Shown one piece after another: positions 18,619-27,096 of a DNA stretch of 48,734 nt (its first letter is position 1; every line of letters starts with the position of its first letter). Made by a program: the position numbers and the translations under genes. Source of the stretch: an uncultured Candidatus Bathyarchaeia archaeon (GTDB lineage Archaea; Thermoproteota; Bathyarchaeia; TCS64); contig CAYUTB010000004.1 of NCBI GenBank assembly GCA_964447425.1, positions 1,559 through 50,292 of the forward strand, in the 5' to 3' direction. The notes below the pieces were generated by a model. It searched no databases. It was not told the DNA's origin and was given only the letters and a program-made list of their open reading frames with translations.

Positions 18619-19779
18619 GTGGCTATACCAAAGATAGTTGTTTTAGGAGCGGGAGTCGCCGGTCTGAGAATAGCAAAGAAGCTTAAGAAAGAGCTTAGAC
18701 CCGGTGAGGCTGATCTTTTACTTGTAGATCAAAATGATTATCATCAACTATTATACAGGCTACATAAGGTCTGCAACTATGAATATGAGGAAAAAGACAT
18801 CGTTATACCTCTCCAGCGTTTAACAAAAGGTATTACATTCAAAAAAGCGACAGTTGAAACTATAACACTTGAATCAGATGCCATAAAGACCGATAACGGA
18901 GAGATTCCATATGATATCCTTATAGTGGCGATGGGGAGCCACCCCGCATATTTTAATATAGAAGGAATACGTGAAAATAGTCTAACTCTAGGCAATTATG
19001 ACGACGCTAAAGAGATCAGACATAGACTCTTTGATTTATTCGAAAAAGCTGAGCAAGAAAATACTCCACCAAACATCATAGTGGGAGGGGCTGGTTTTAC
19101 TGGTATTGAATTAGCTGGAGAACTATGTGACTGTCTTGAAAAGCTTTACAATCAGTACTCGATACAAAAGCCAGAGAAACTATTCTCGATTGTCGAAGCA
19201 CTTCCAACGATATTGCCTGGATGGGACGAGAAATTAATAGAAACTGGTATGGAGTTTCTAGAAAAGAAAAAAATTGAACTAATACTAAACAATCCGATAG
19301 TAAAGGTTGGAGAAAAAGAGATTATACTAAAAGATGGAACAACATTAAACCCGGACTTATTTATATGGACCGGAGGAGTAGAGGGAGATCCAGCTTGTGG
19401 TAAAAAGTTTGAAATAAAATCTAGAAGGATAATTGTGAATAAAACCCTTCAATATTTCAACTTCGACGTCTTCGTTGCAGGAGATCTAGCATGTACTCTG
19501 AACCAAGAAGGCAAACCCATGCCCCCTAACGCCCACATAGCGATGATGCAGGCAGATATTGTTGTTAATAATATAATTTCTATGCTAAGAAACAAGCCCT
19601 TCAAGCATTATAAGTATGAGCATGCAGGTGAGATAGTGACTTTTGGTAACACCTATGCTGAGGGAGAGGTGTTTGGAATTAGGCTCTGGGGGTTACCAGC
19701 GAAAATAATGAAGCAGTTCATACACCTTTGGTATTTGTACTCTATTGGTGGATTCAGCCTGCTCTTGGAATACTGGTAA
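18619..19779 (+). CDS. type II NADH dehydrogenase-like FAD-dependent pyridine nucleotide-disulfide oxidoreductase
   Basis: 386 aa with two Rossmann motifs (KIVVLGAGVAGLRIA and IIVGGAGFTGIELAGEL). It has a GTG start. Confidence 0.75.
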   Translation: MAIPKIVVLGAGVAGLRIAKKLKKELRPGEADLLLVDQNDYHQLLYRLHKVCNYEYEEKDIVIPLQRLTKGITFKKATVETITLESDAIKTDNGEIPYDILIVAMGSHPAYFNIEGIRENSLTLGNYDDAKEIRHRLFDLFEKAEQENTPPNIIVGGAGFTGIELAGELCDCLEKLYNQYSIQKPEKLFSIVEALPTILPGWDEKLIETGMEFLEKKKIELILNNPIVKVGEKEIILKDGTTLNPDLFIWTGGVEGDPACGKKFEIKSRRIIVNKTLQYFNFDVFVAGDLACTLNQEGKPMPPNAHIAMMQADIVVNNIISMLRNKPFKHYKYEHAGEIVTFGNTYAEGEVFGIRLWGLPAKIMKQFIHLWYLYSIGGFSLLLEYW

Positions 19780-19787
19780 AAAAAGGG

Positions 19788-21698
19788 TTAAGATGATTTT
19801 CTCATCTTTATTATCGGGTACAGTATCCCGATGCACATGATTAGTGTACCTAACCAGATCAGGTTCATCAACGGGAAGTAGATAACACTCACAACGAACT
19901 CTGTTGGCGTGAAAGGTATCCCCTGTAGCTGATGAGCTAAGGCACGGTAGACACTCGTTGACTGATGCAGTACAACGTAGACATCGAATCCGGGTGCACG
20001 TACTATGGTTGGTCTGGATACGATCCCATGCATAGAGTAGAGCATTATATAGACGTCATCAGAATAGCTTGCGCCATCCCTCGTCACTGTGACGGGTATC
20101 ATCAATCCAGTGTACTCGGGGATAAGCTCGCTGCTGAATGCATCCGTTGCTACAATACCTGTTGGTTCAATCACGGTAAACTCACCGAAATCCAGCTGCA
20201 TATCACCCAAGTCCATTGATTCGCCGGGCGTTCCTATGAGTTCTCCATAGTTTACTTCGTTTGTTGCACTCATCAATATGCCAAGCATAACGATGACGAT
20301 TCCGAGGTGAAGTATACTCCGGCTTATCTGGGTGGTTCTCTTCTTCATCACACTGGTCGCGAGGTTGTAGAGCACAGCCACCCCGGCTATTATTGTAAGT
20401 GGGAAACCTAGATTGACAAGCATGTTATTTGTTGGGAACCCTAGAACAATACCCACGAATCCAAGCACTAATGCGCCTAGGAGTGTGGCGGAGTATTTCT
20501 TCATATCGAGTTTCTCGTAAAGGTTACACCCGATGAGGCTCGCCAAGAATACCAACACAAAGGGGTAGGTCCATTTATTGAAGAAAGCCGCATCGATGCT
20601 TACGTCTCCGCCCGTTATGCCGCTATTGATTATTGGGAATATGATTCCCCATAAGCTGATGACGGATATCATCACAATGGAGAGGAAGCTCATAGAAAGA
20701 GAAGCATTATACACGTTATCGGTCTTTACCTTGAACTCAAAGTAGCTCCAACCCTTCTTGCTCTTATTTGCCAGATAATAAACGATGGTTATACCCATCA
20801 GGGTCAACAAGACGTAGCCGATGGGGGATTTGCCGAAGGCGTGAACCGATACAGCCAAACCACCACGGGTTACCGCTGAAGCGAATATTATCAAAGCACT
20901 TGTTACCATCAGCATAAAATCTTTCGATGTACTCTTCTGACCAGTAAGTTGAGACACCAAGTGGAAGTACGCGGTTAGTGTAAGCCACGGGATAAGCGAG
21001 GATGTCTCAACAGGGTCCCAAGCCCAGTATCCGCCCCATCCAAGAACCTCGTATGCCCAGAGACCACCGAGTGCGATACCGAGAGTCAGGAATAGCCACG
21101 CTAACGCAGCCATTCCACGGGTGAGCCTGGGCTTTGAATCTGCGAGGCTAAAGGTTAACCCTAGACTGTAGAGGGCTAGAGTATATCCTATGAATACGAT
21201 GGGTGGGTGAATAAGCATCCAAGGTGTTTTTAGAAGAGGATTGAGCCCCATTCCTTCGCTGGGGGAGTAAGATAGAGTCGCCAGTGGATTTTGCAGTATT
21301 AAAACTACCACCATGAAGAGGAGTACAACATTAAAGAACTGGTAGACCTTTGAGTACTCTTTATTTTCACCCCACAGCAATCGAATAATCAGATATCCAG
21401 CTGCGAAAACGAATGCAAAAAAGAGCCATGAGCCACCGTTACTCGCCCATGAGGCGTAGAGACGCTCCGACCAGCCGAGAGTTGAGCTGCTATACTGGAA
21501 TACTTCCATGATCCTATAGTTGCTGGTTATGAATGAGTACGCGAAGTAAAGATAACTTAAAACTATAAGTCCGGTGCCTACTGCGATGACGGGTAACCGG
21601 TTGTCAAACAGTCTGGTTTCTTTGTTTGCTCTGATATTGTATATGTCATATAGTATAATGATCGCCGAAGTAATGATCAATATCTCAACTAGTTCCAT
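19788..21698 (-). CDS. ccmF: cytochrome c-type biogenesis protein CcmF (heme lyase/heme handling)
   Basis: 636 aa, polytopic, with the WWD domain WGGYWAWDPVETSSLIPWL and flanking His residues. Confidence 0.85.
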   Translation of the reverse strand: MELVEILIITSAIIILYDIYNIRANKETRLFDNRLPVIAVGTGLIVLSYLYFAYSFITSNYRIMEVFQYSSSTLGWSERLYASWASNGGSWLFFAFVFAAGYLIIRLLWGENKEYSKVYQFFNVVLLFMVVVLILQNPLATLSYSPSEGMGLNPLLKTPWMLIHPPIVFIGYTLALYSLGLTFSLADSKPRLTRGMAALAWLFLTLGIALGGLWAYEVLGWGGYWAWDPVETSSLIPWLTLTAYFHLVSQLTGQKSTSKDFMLMVTSALIIFASAVTRGGLAVSVHAFGKSPIGYVLLTLMGITIVYYLANKSKKGWSYFEFKVKTDNVYNASLSMSFLSIVMISVISLWGIIFPIINSGITGGDVSIDAAFFNKWTYPFVLVFLASLIGCNLYEKLDMKKYSATLLGALVLGFVGIVLGFPTNNMLVNLGFPLTIIAGVAVLYNLATSVMKKRTTQISRSILHLGIVIVMLGILMSATNEVNYGELIGTPGESMDLGDMQLDFGEFTVIEPTGIVATDAFSSELIPEYTGLMIPVTVTRDGASYSDDVYIMLYSMHGIVSRPTIVRAPGFDVYVVLHQSTSVYRALAHQLQGIPFTPTEFVVSVIYFPLMNLIWLGTLIMCIGILYPIIKMRKSS

Positions 21699-21760
21699 GT
21701 AGCCCTATTCGACTTGATCGAATTTAAACTTAGAAGTCATGAAAAAGCGCATACTTTTAA

Positions 21761-22462
21761 TTGGGTACTCTGGGATGTATTGTGATAAGATTGGAATTCA
21801 GAGACGATGTATATCTAGGGATTACAGGAGTAATCGTCGCACTGGCAGCTTACTTTGCACTATACATTGCACCAGCAGAGGTAACAATGGGAGAACTTGT
21901 AAGAATATTCTATTTTCACCTACCACCAGCCATCATATGTTATCTATCATTACTCGTCTCTGTCGCTGCAAGCTTGGTCTACCTCAGGAAAAAGGATCAC
22001 AAATACGATGTACTATCAGAATCAGGAGCCTTGCTAGGGCTCGTATATGGACTCGTAACGCTGATAAGCGGAGCCATCTGGGCAAACGCCACATGGGGCG
22101 TCTACTGGAACTGGGACCCGAGGGAAACCACTACCCTAATCCTCTGGTTCGCGTATGTCGGCTACTTCCTACTCAGGATGTCCATTGAGAACCCTGAACG
22201 CAGGGCATCATCAGCAGCAGTATTCAATATTCTGGCATTTATGACGGTCCCCTTGAGCTACATGTCATTTATCCTATGGCCATCACTCCATCCACAGCTT
22301 GGTGATGGGAGTGGAGGTCTCGGTTTGACAGGTACGATGGTTCAGGCTCTTGTGATGAACATCATTGGAGGGGTCTTTGTCTTCGGCTATGTGTTGAAGA
22401 AGACCTATGATTTGAGGATGAAACAAGCAGAGTACAGTAGTACAATAATGGAGGAAATGTAA
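21761..22462 (+). CDS. ccmC: heme exporter/heme-handling protein CcmC
   Basis: 233 aa with the RIFYFHLP motif and the WWD domain WGVYWNWDPRETTTLILW. The TTG start is uncertain. Confidence 0.85.
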   Translation: MGTLGCIVIRLEFRDDVYLGITGVIVALAAYFALYIAPAEVTMGELVRIFYFHLPPAIICYLSLLVSVAASLVYLRKKDHKYDVLSESGALLGLVYGLVTLISGAIWANATWGVYWNWDPRETTTLILWFAYVGYFLLRMSIENPERRASSAAVFNILAFMTVPLSYMSFILWPSLHPQLGDGSGGLGLTGTMVQALVMNIIGGVFVFGYVLKKTYDLRMKQAEYSSTIMEEM

Positions 22463-22575
22463 TGCCAATCCAAGTATACCAAGTACTGGGACTCTATCTA
22501 ACCGCAACCATAGTTTATATTGCGTGGATCATCAAAGCCAATAGAGACATCGATAGAAAACTCGCAACAAGATGA
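22462..22575 (+). CDS. ccmD: CcmD-like 37-aa single-TM protein (not in the ORF track)
   Basis: The ATG at 22462 overlaps the ccmC stop (TAATG), and its TGA overlaps the ccmE ATG (ATGA). It translates to MPIQVYQVLGLYLTATIVYIAWIIKANRDIDRKLATR, one TM plus a basic tail, in the position CcmD occupies in ccm operons. Confidence 0.5.
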   Translation: MPIQVYQVLGLYLTATIVYIAWIIKANRDIDRKLATR

Positions 22576-23057
22576 ATAACATGAAGATACAGAGCAAACA
22601 CATCATAATCATCGTTTTACTAGCATTAAGCGCAGGACTCGCCTACGATAGCATCTCAAACTACATGAACCCATACATACCTGTCTCTGATATCTCAGCG
22701 AATCAAGCCAAATACACGGGAAAAAGACTGCAAATAATAGGAGCTGTCGAGCCGGGCTCGCTTATCAGAACCGATGATGGCAGCATCAGCTTCACGCTAG
22801 TGGATGAACAGGGAAGCATAAAGGTCACGTATAGAGGGGTGCCTCCGCAGAATCTTGAGCAAGAGGGAAACCAAGTAGTAGTACTCGGCACCCTCGGTGC
22901 AGATGGTAAGATTGAGTCATCGCAGCTTCTGGTAAAGTGTCCATCCAAGTATGAGGGAGAGGACCAGCAGGGATACTCGCATGTATTCATAGCCGTTGTT
23001 GGGGTCGCTTTGCTCGGGGTAGGTTACCTAGTTATAACCATGTTCTACAAGAAGTAA
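22572..23057 (+). CDS. ccmE: heme chaperone CcmE, archaeal CxxxY variant
   Basis: 161 aa with an N-terminal TM and an OB-fold region. The heme-binding site reads CPSKY (nt 22938-22952) instead of the bacterial HxxxY. There is an extra C-terminal hydrophobic helix, VFIAVVGVALLGVGYLVITMFY. Confidence 0.85.
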   Translation: MNNMKIQSKHIIIIVLLALSAGLAYDSISNYMNPYIPVSDISANQAKYTGKRLQIIGAVEPGSLIRTDDGSISFTLVDEQGSIKVTYRGVPPQNLEQEGNQVVVLGTLGADGKIESSQLLVKCPSKYEGEDQQGYSHVFIAVVGVALLGVGYLVITMFYKK

Positions 23058-23070
23058 CAAGGTACCAGCC

Positions 23071-23715
23071 ATGACCGAGATAGTGAGACTAGAAGAGATC
23101 ACTAAAAACTTTGGATACATCAAAGCTCTCAGAGGTATTACTCTCAGCTTCACCAAAGGACAGAAAACCAGCCTGCTGGGACCCAACGGCGCAGGGAAGA
23201 GTACACTTCTCAGGATCATCGCCACACAGATGATTCCATCCTCTGGACAGGTATGGATAATGAATGAAGACGCCCAGAAGAACAGGATCAAGGCAAAGAA
23301 AAACATCGGCGTAGTTGGTCATAGAAGCTTTCTCTACGATGAATTGACTGTTCTTGAGAATCTCCGATTCTTCGGAAGCTTCATCGACTCCAAAGAGTTC
23401 GAGTATGACAGAGTTCTGAAAGTCACAGATATAGAAAAATGGAGAGACACAAAATCAGGGCACCTATCTTATGGACTCAGGAAAAGAGCAGACATATCCC
23501 GAGCCTTGCTTGGGGACCCAGCGCTTCTTCTGCTGGATGAGTTCTTCGCTGGGCTCGATCAGGAGACTTCCAGCGCCCTAGCTGAGTACATGAAGGGGCT
23601 CAGAGATCAAACAATCATCACGACCTCGCATACCCCTGAACTGATCAACAGCTTCTGCGACAGATCTATCCTCATACGAGGGGGGTTGATAGAGAAGGAG
23701 GTTCAGCTTAGATGA
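23071..23715 (+). CDS. ccmA: heme-export ABC transporter ATPase CcmA
   Basis: 214 aa with Walker A GPNGAGKSTLL, signature LSYGLRKR and Walker B LLLLDEFFAGLD. Confidence 0.85.
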   Translation: MTEIVRLEEITKNFGYIKALRGITLSFTKGQKTSLLGPNGAGKSTLLRIIATQMIPSSGQVWIMNEDAQKNRIKAKKNIGVVGHRSFLYDELTVLENLRFFGSFIDSKEFEYDRVLKVTDIEKWRDTKSGHLSYGLRKRADISRALLGDPALLLLDEFFAGLDQETSSALAEYMKGLRDQTIITTSHTPELINSFCDRSILIRGGLIEKEVQLR

Positions 23716-24392
23716 GCGACGATACGCTGAGTTATGCGTTGAAGCTGGCTCGGAAAGACCTCATAGTTGAACTCAGAAGACCCCACGAATTACTCTCCAT
23801 CATCGCGTTTACATTATCATCAATAATAGTAAGCAGCTTCTCATGGAGAACCATACTAATCCTCGATCCACTCGTTGTATCAGCAGCCATGTGGGTGGTG
23901 ATCTTCTTCGCAAGCATACTAGTACTAACCACAAGCTTCGCACGGGAAGTAGACCGGGGAACCATTGATGGGCTGCGAAGCATACCTTGCCCACCATACG
24001 CTGTTCTGGCGGGTAAGATGATCTACGGCATGGTGACCCTTGTAATCGTATTGTTATCCCTCATCTTCTCATCCCTACTATTCTTGAACCTGAACACTGC
24101 GCTGATCCCTTCACTCATAATAATATTCACGATAGGAGCCATCGACTTCGCTCTGATGGGGTCAATGATGTCAGCAGTCCTAATGTACAGTGAGGGCAAG
24201 AACCTCCTACTGGCATTCCTATTCTTCCCAGTCAGTGTCCCTATACTATTACCGGGGATACAGGCTGTCGCCAAGATACTTGCAGGAGAACCATTAATGG
24301 CGCTAATGCCAGAGTTTCGCCTTTTATTCGCGTTCATGCTAGCAGTAGTCGCGGCGTCAATGACTTTGTTCCAAGAGATTTTCCTAGAATAG
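23712..24392 (+). CDS. ccmB: heme exporter membrane protein CcmB
   Basis: 226 aa with 6 predicted TM helices. It overlaps the ccmA stop by 4 nt and sits in the CcmB position of the operon. Confidence 0.75.
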   Translation: MSDDTLSYALKLARKDLIVELRRPHELLSIIAFTLSSIIVSSFSWRTILILDPLVVSAAMWVVIFFASILVLTTSFAREVDRGTIDGLRSIPCPPYAVLAGKMIYGMVTLVIVLLSLIFSSLLFLNLNTALIPSLIIIFTIGAIDFALMGSMMSAVLMYSEGKNLLLAFLFFPVSVPILLPGIQAVAKILAGEPLMALMPEFRLLFAFMLAVVAASMTLFQEIFLE

Positions 24393-24393
24393 T

Positions 24394-25236
24394 CTAGGGC
24401 TTTGGATTACTTCGTGCCAAGAGCTCCTCTGCTGCGCTTGTGCCTTCAGCGATTATCTTGTCTGGTTTATCCCTCATAATACGAGCCAGTATAATGATTG
24501 TTATCTCGTATAGGATGTAGAACGGGATGGTCATCAAGATCATTGAGACGGGAGTCGGGTCAGGGGTAATGATCGCTGTGATGAAAGATAGTGCAACGAA
24601 GATGTGGCGTCGTAATGACTTTAAGTCATCTACAATGAGCAGATCAACTTTCACCAACAGATAGAGCACCAGTGGGAAAGTGTAGAAGAGCCCTGATCCA
24701 AACACCCCAAAGGCGATGAGCTCAAAAAAGTCCTTCACAGAGTAAAACGGCATAACTCCCGTTTGATAAACAAACTTGTATAACACAGTGAATGTTGCGG
24801 GAACCAGCACAATGTATGCGTACGCCATACCAACTAAAAATAAAACAACGAACAACGAGACGAATGCGAACAATGTTCTCTTCTCGTTCTCATATATCGC
24901 AGGTGCGAGGAACCCATAGAGCTGATACGCGATATAGGGGAGGCAGATTACGAAACTGATGGCGAAGCTGATTACGAAGTAGATATAGAAGCTGTCGAGC
25001 CAGTTGAAGGCGATTAATGTCACGCCCTCTGGGAGCAACATGTTTTGAAGAAGCTGCATTAAATCCGTTATGAGAAGAGTGTAATCAGTAAAGTCCAGCT
25101 GCCAGATCCTAGAGAAATCAGAAGGCAACGACATAACCAGCACCATCACGAGGAGAAGAACATAGATCACTCTTCTGAGCCGTGACGTTAGGTCTTCTAG
25201 ATGATCCCAGATTTCTAGCTCGTTTTCATCTGACAA
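24394..25236 (-). CDS. tatC: twin-arginine translocase subunit TatC
   Basis: 280 aa with 6 TM helices and a TatC-like N-terminus (HLEDLTSRLRRVIYVLLL). It lies directly downstream of tatA. Confidence 0.85.
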   Translation of the reverse strand: MSDENELEIWDHLEDLTSRLRRVIYVLLLVMVLVMSLPSDFSRIWQLDFTDYTLLITDLMQLLQNMLLPEGVTLIAFNWLDSFYIYFVISFAISFVICLPYIAYQLYGFLAPAIYENEKRTLFAFVSLFVVLFLVGMAYAYIVLVPATFTVLYKFVYQTGVMPFYSVKDFFELIAFGVFGSGLFYTFPLVLYLLVKVDLLIVDDLKSLRRHIFVALSFITAIITPDPTPVSMILMTIPFYILYEITIIILARIMRDKPDKIIAEGTSAAEELLARSNPKP

Positions 25237-25256
25237 GAAGAGACACCGAAAAAGGG

Positions 25257-25544
25257 TTACTCGGGTTCGTTCTTATTGGTTGCTTTTACGATATCCTGAG
25301 CAATGTCTTTGATATCGCGTCCCTCGACCGGGATACCCAGTTTTTTAGCGGCATCAATAATGGCCTGTCTTTCATTGTTTTCTTTACGAGTCTTCTCATC
25401 AACGTATTTTGTTGGATCACTTGTTGCTCGGTTGAATTCTTTCACCGCCTCTCCCATCGATTTGGCTAGTTCAGGCAGTTTTCGGCCACCGAAAAGTAAC
25501 AACACGATGAAGAGCAGGAACAAGAGCTCGGTATTACCAGTCAT
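25257..25544 (-). CDS. tatA: twin-arginine translocase subunit TatA/E
   Basis: 95 aa. The N-terminal TM plus hinge is LLFLLFIVLLLFGGRKLPELAKSMGEAVKEF, followed by an amphipathic helix. Confidence 0.85.
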   Translation of the reverse strand: MTGNTELLFLLFIVLLLFGGRKLPELAKSMGEAVKEFNRATSDPTKYVDEKTRKENNERQAIIDAAKKLGIPVEGRDIKDIAQDIVKATNKNEPE

Positions 25545-25639
25545 ATTTTATCTTCCTCGTTAAGTCAGCTATAGTGAATGAATAAAAGGATTTACTATTC
25601 TCCTTAATTTCACGGTTTTTTTGAAAATTGTTATCCAAT

Positions 25640-26158
25640 TTAATCTTCCTCATTCTCCTCAATTAAGGTACTCAGTATTTTTTTTCGGGTTACAATAGAG
25701 GCGAAATCCACCCAAGCTACGCCCTGTATTGTTCTTATCCTTTTTATAATGTTATAGAGTTCGTTATCGTTCAAGGTGCAAGCTGTCAATATAAGGTCGT
25801 AATTGCCCATCGTGACAAAGACATTACAAATATCTTCCATTTGCGAGATATCTTGAACAATATTTGTTTTACTTTGATCTCCTATAGTTCTTACTAGAAG
25901 TACTGCTCTTGCGCCTTTCCCGAGTTCTTCGTCTTCAATGATACTCACATATGCTTTGATGATGTTTTCATCTTCCATTTTTTTGATCTTTCGGGATACA
26001 GTAGCAGGACTTGTGTTGAGTTGCTTGGCTATATTCCTAATTGATGCTCTTCCATTTAATCTTAGGATTTCAAGTATTTGCTTATCAACTAAATCCGAGT
26101 CACTCAATATGGCAATTCTGTTCAAATCCTCAGATATATGCCTTTTCTTAAAGCCCAT
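25640..26158 (-). CDS. Lrp/AsnC family transcriptional regulator
   Basis: 172 aa with the HTH LVDKQILEILRLNGRASIRNIAKQLNTSPATVSRKIKKMEDENIIK and a C-terminal ligand-binding-type domain. Confidence 0.85.
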   Translation of the reverse strand: MGFKKRHISEDLNRIAILSDSDLVDKQILEILRLNGRASIRNIAKQLNTSPATVSRKIKKMEDENIIKAYVSIIEDEELGKGARAVLLVRTIGDQSKTNIVQDISQMEDICNVFVTMGNYDLILTACTLNDNELYNIIKRIRTIQGVAWVDFASIVTRKKILSTLIEENEED

Positions 26159-26272
26159 TCTTTTTATTCAATTTTAGGTGGTATTTTGAAACATGTTGAA
26201 TAAATATGGGTAAATTTTGAAACAAAATTTATATTCTCAGAGACGCCATTGAAGCCAGTTGGGTGAAAAGAT

Positions 26273-27073
26273 TTGTCAGATTCCGAACAGGTATCAAGGC
26301 GTGAATTTGTTAAAATGGCTGGAGCTGCAATCGGCGGTCTCGCTATAGGAGCTATAGGTGGTTACTCATTCTTACCACCTAAAGAAACAGTCATTACAAA
26401 TGATGTTCAAGTACCACAGGTAATCCCAGAGCGCCCTTGGGAATATAAGACACTTAACATTGATGCTGTAAAAGCTAGAGCTTATGATGCATATTTTGTA
26501 GGTGGCTGTGCATATGGGACTTTTGAGGGAGTCATTGGAGAACTAAAAAAAGAAGTTGGTTTTCCATATACGGTAATACCATCAGAAATGTCTGTTTGGG
26601 GAAAAGCAGGAGTAGCAGGTTGGGGGCTTACTTGTGGAGTCATTAATGGTGCTGCTATGGCAATAAACTTAGTTACAGACGATATTTCACTAGTAAATGA
26701 AATTGTTGGATGGTATACAGTAGCTGAATTACCTCAATACATGCCAATAGTCGCAAAAAAGGTTGAGGGAGAAATAGTAAAGTCGGTTAATGGCTCGCCA
26801 CTTTGCCATGCATCTGTTTCTAGTTATACAGCTGCTGCAGATTGTGATGAAAACTCGCCTGAAAGGGTAGAAAGATGTGCTAGAATGGTGGCAGATGGAG
26901 CGGGTAAGGTAGCTGAAATGCTTAATGCATTAGCAAATGGTACCTTTACAGCGGAATTCCAAGTTCCACAGTCAGCGATTAACTGTCTAGGTTGCCACGG
27001 AGCTGACGGCCCAATTAATAATGTCTTTACAAAGATGGATTGCACACCCTGTCACGGTGACCCACACTCTTAA
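26273..27073 (+). CDS. Tat-signal split-Soret-type diheme cytochrome c (C_GCAxxG_C_C domain plus C-terminal 2x CxxCH)
   Basis: 266 aa with a TTG start. The twin-arginine signal is SRREFVKMAGAAIGGLA. The domain motifs are GGCAYG, TCGVINGA, PLCH and ERCA. The C-terminal heme motifs CLGCH and CTPCH fall at nt 26984-27055. Confidence 0.6.
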   Translation: MSDSEQVSRREFVKMAGAAIGGLAIGAIGGYSFLPPKETVITNDVQVPQVIPERPWEYKTLNIDAVKARAYDAYFVGGCAYGTFEGVIGELKKEVGFPYTVIPSEMSVWGKAGVAGWGLTCGVINGAAMAINLVTDDISLVNEIVGWYTVAELPQYMPIVAKKVEGEIVKSVNGSPLCHASVSSYTAAADCDENSPERVERCARMVADGAGKVAEMLNALANGTFTAEFQVPQSAINCLGCHGADGPINNVFTKMDCTPCHGDPHS

Positions 27074-27096
27074 TTTCTTTTTTTCAAAAAAAAATT
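27074..27096. terminator. T7/A9 tract shared by convergent genes (bidirectional oligo-T terminator)
   Basis: The sequence tttctttttttcaaaaaaaaatt lies between the stop of the split-Soret-like gene (27071-27073) and the stop of the NuoM-like gene (27095-27097). It gives an oligo-T run on each coding strand. Confidence 0.55.

Noticed and set aside
21739-22188. A 149-aa plus-strand ORF overlaps the 5' half of ccmC in another frame.
   Set aside because: The 21761 frame carries the CcmC RIFYFHLP and WWD motifs. The 21739 frame is Arg/Cys-rich with no recognisable features.
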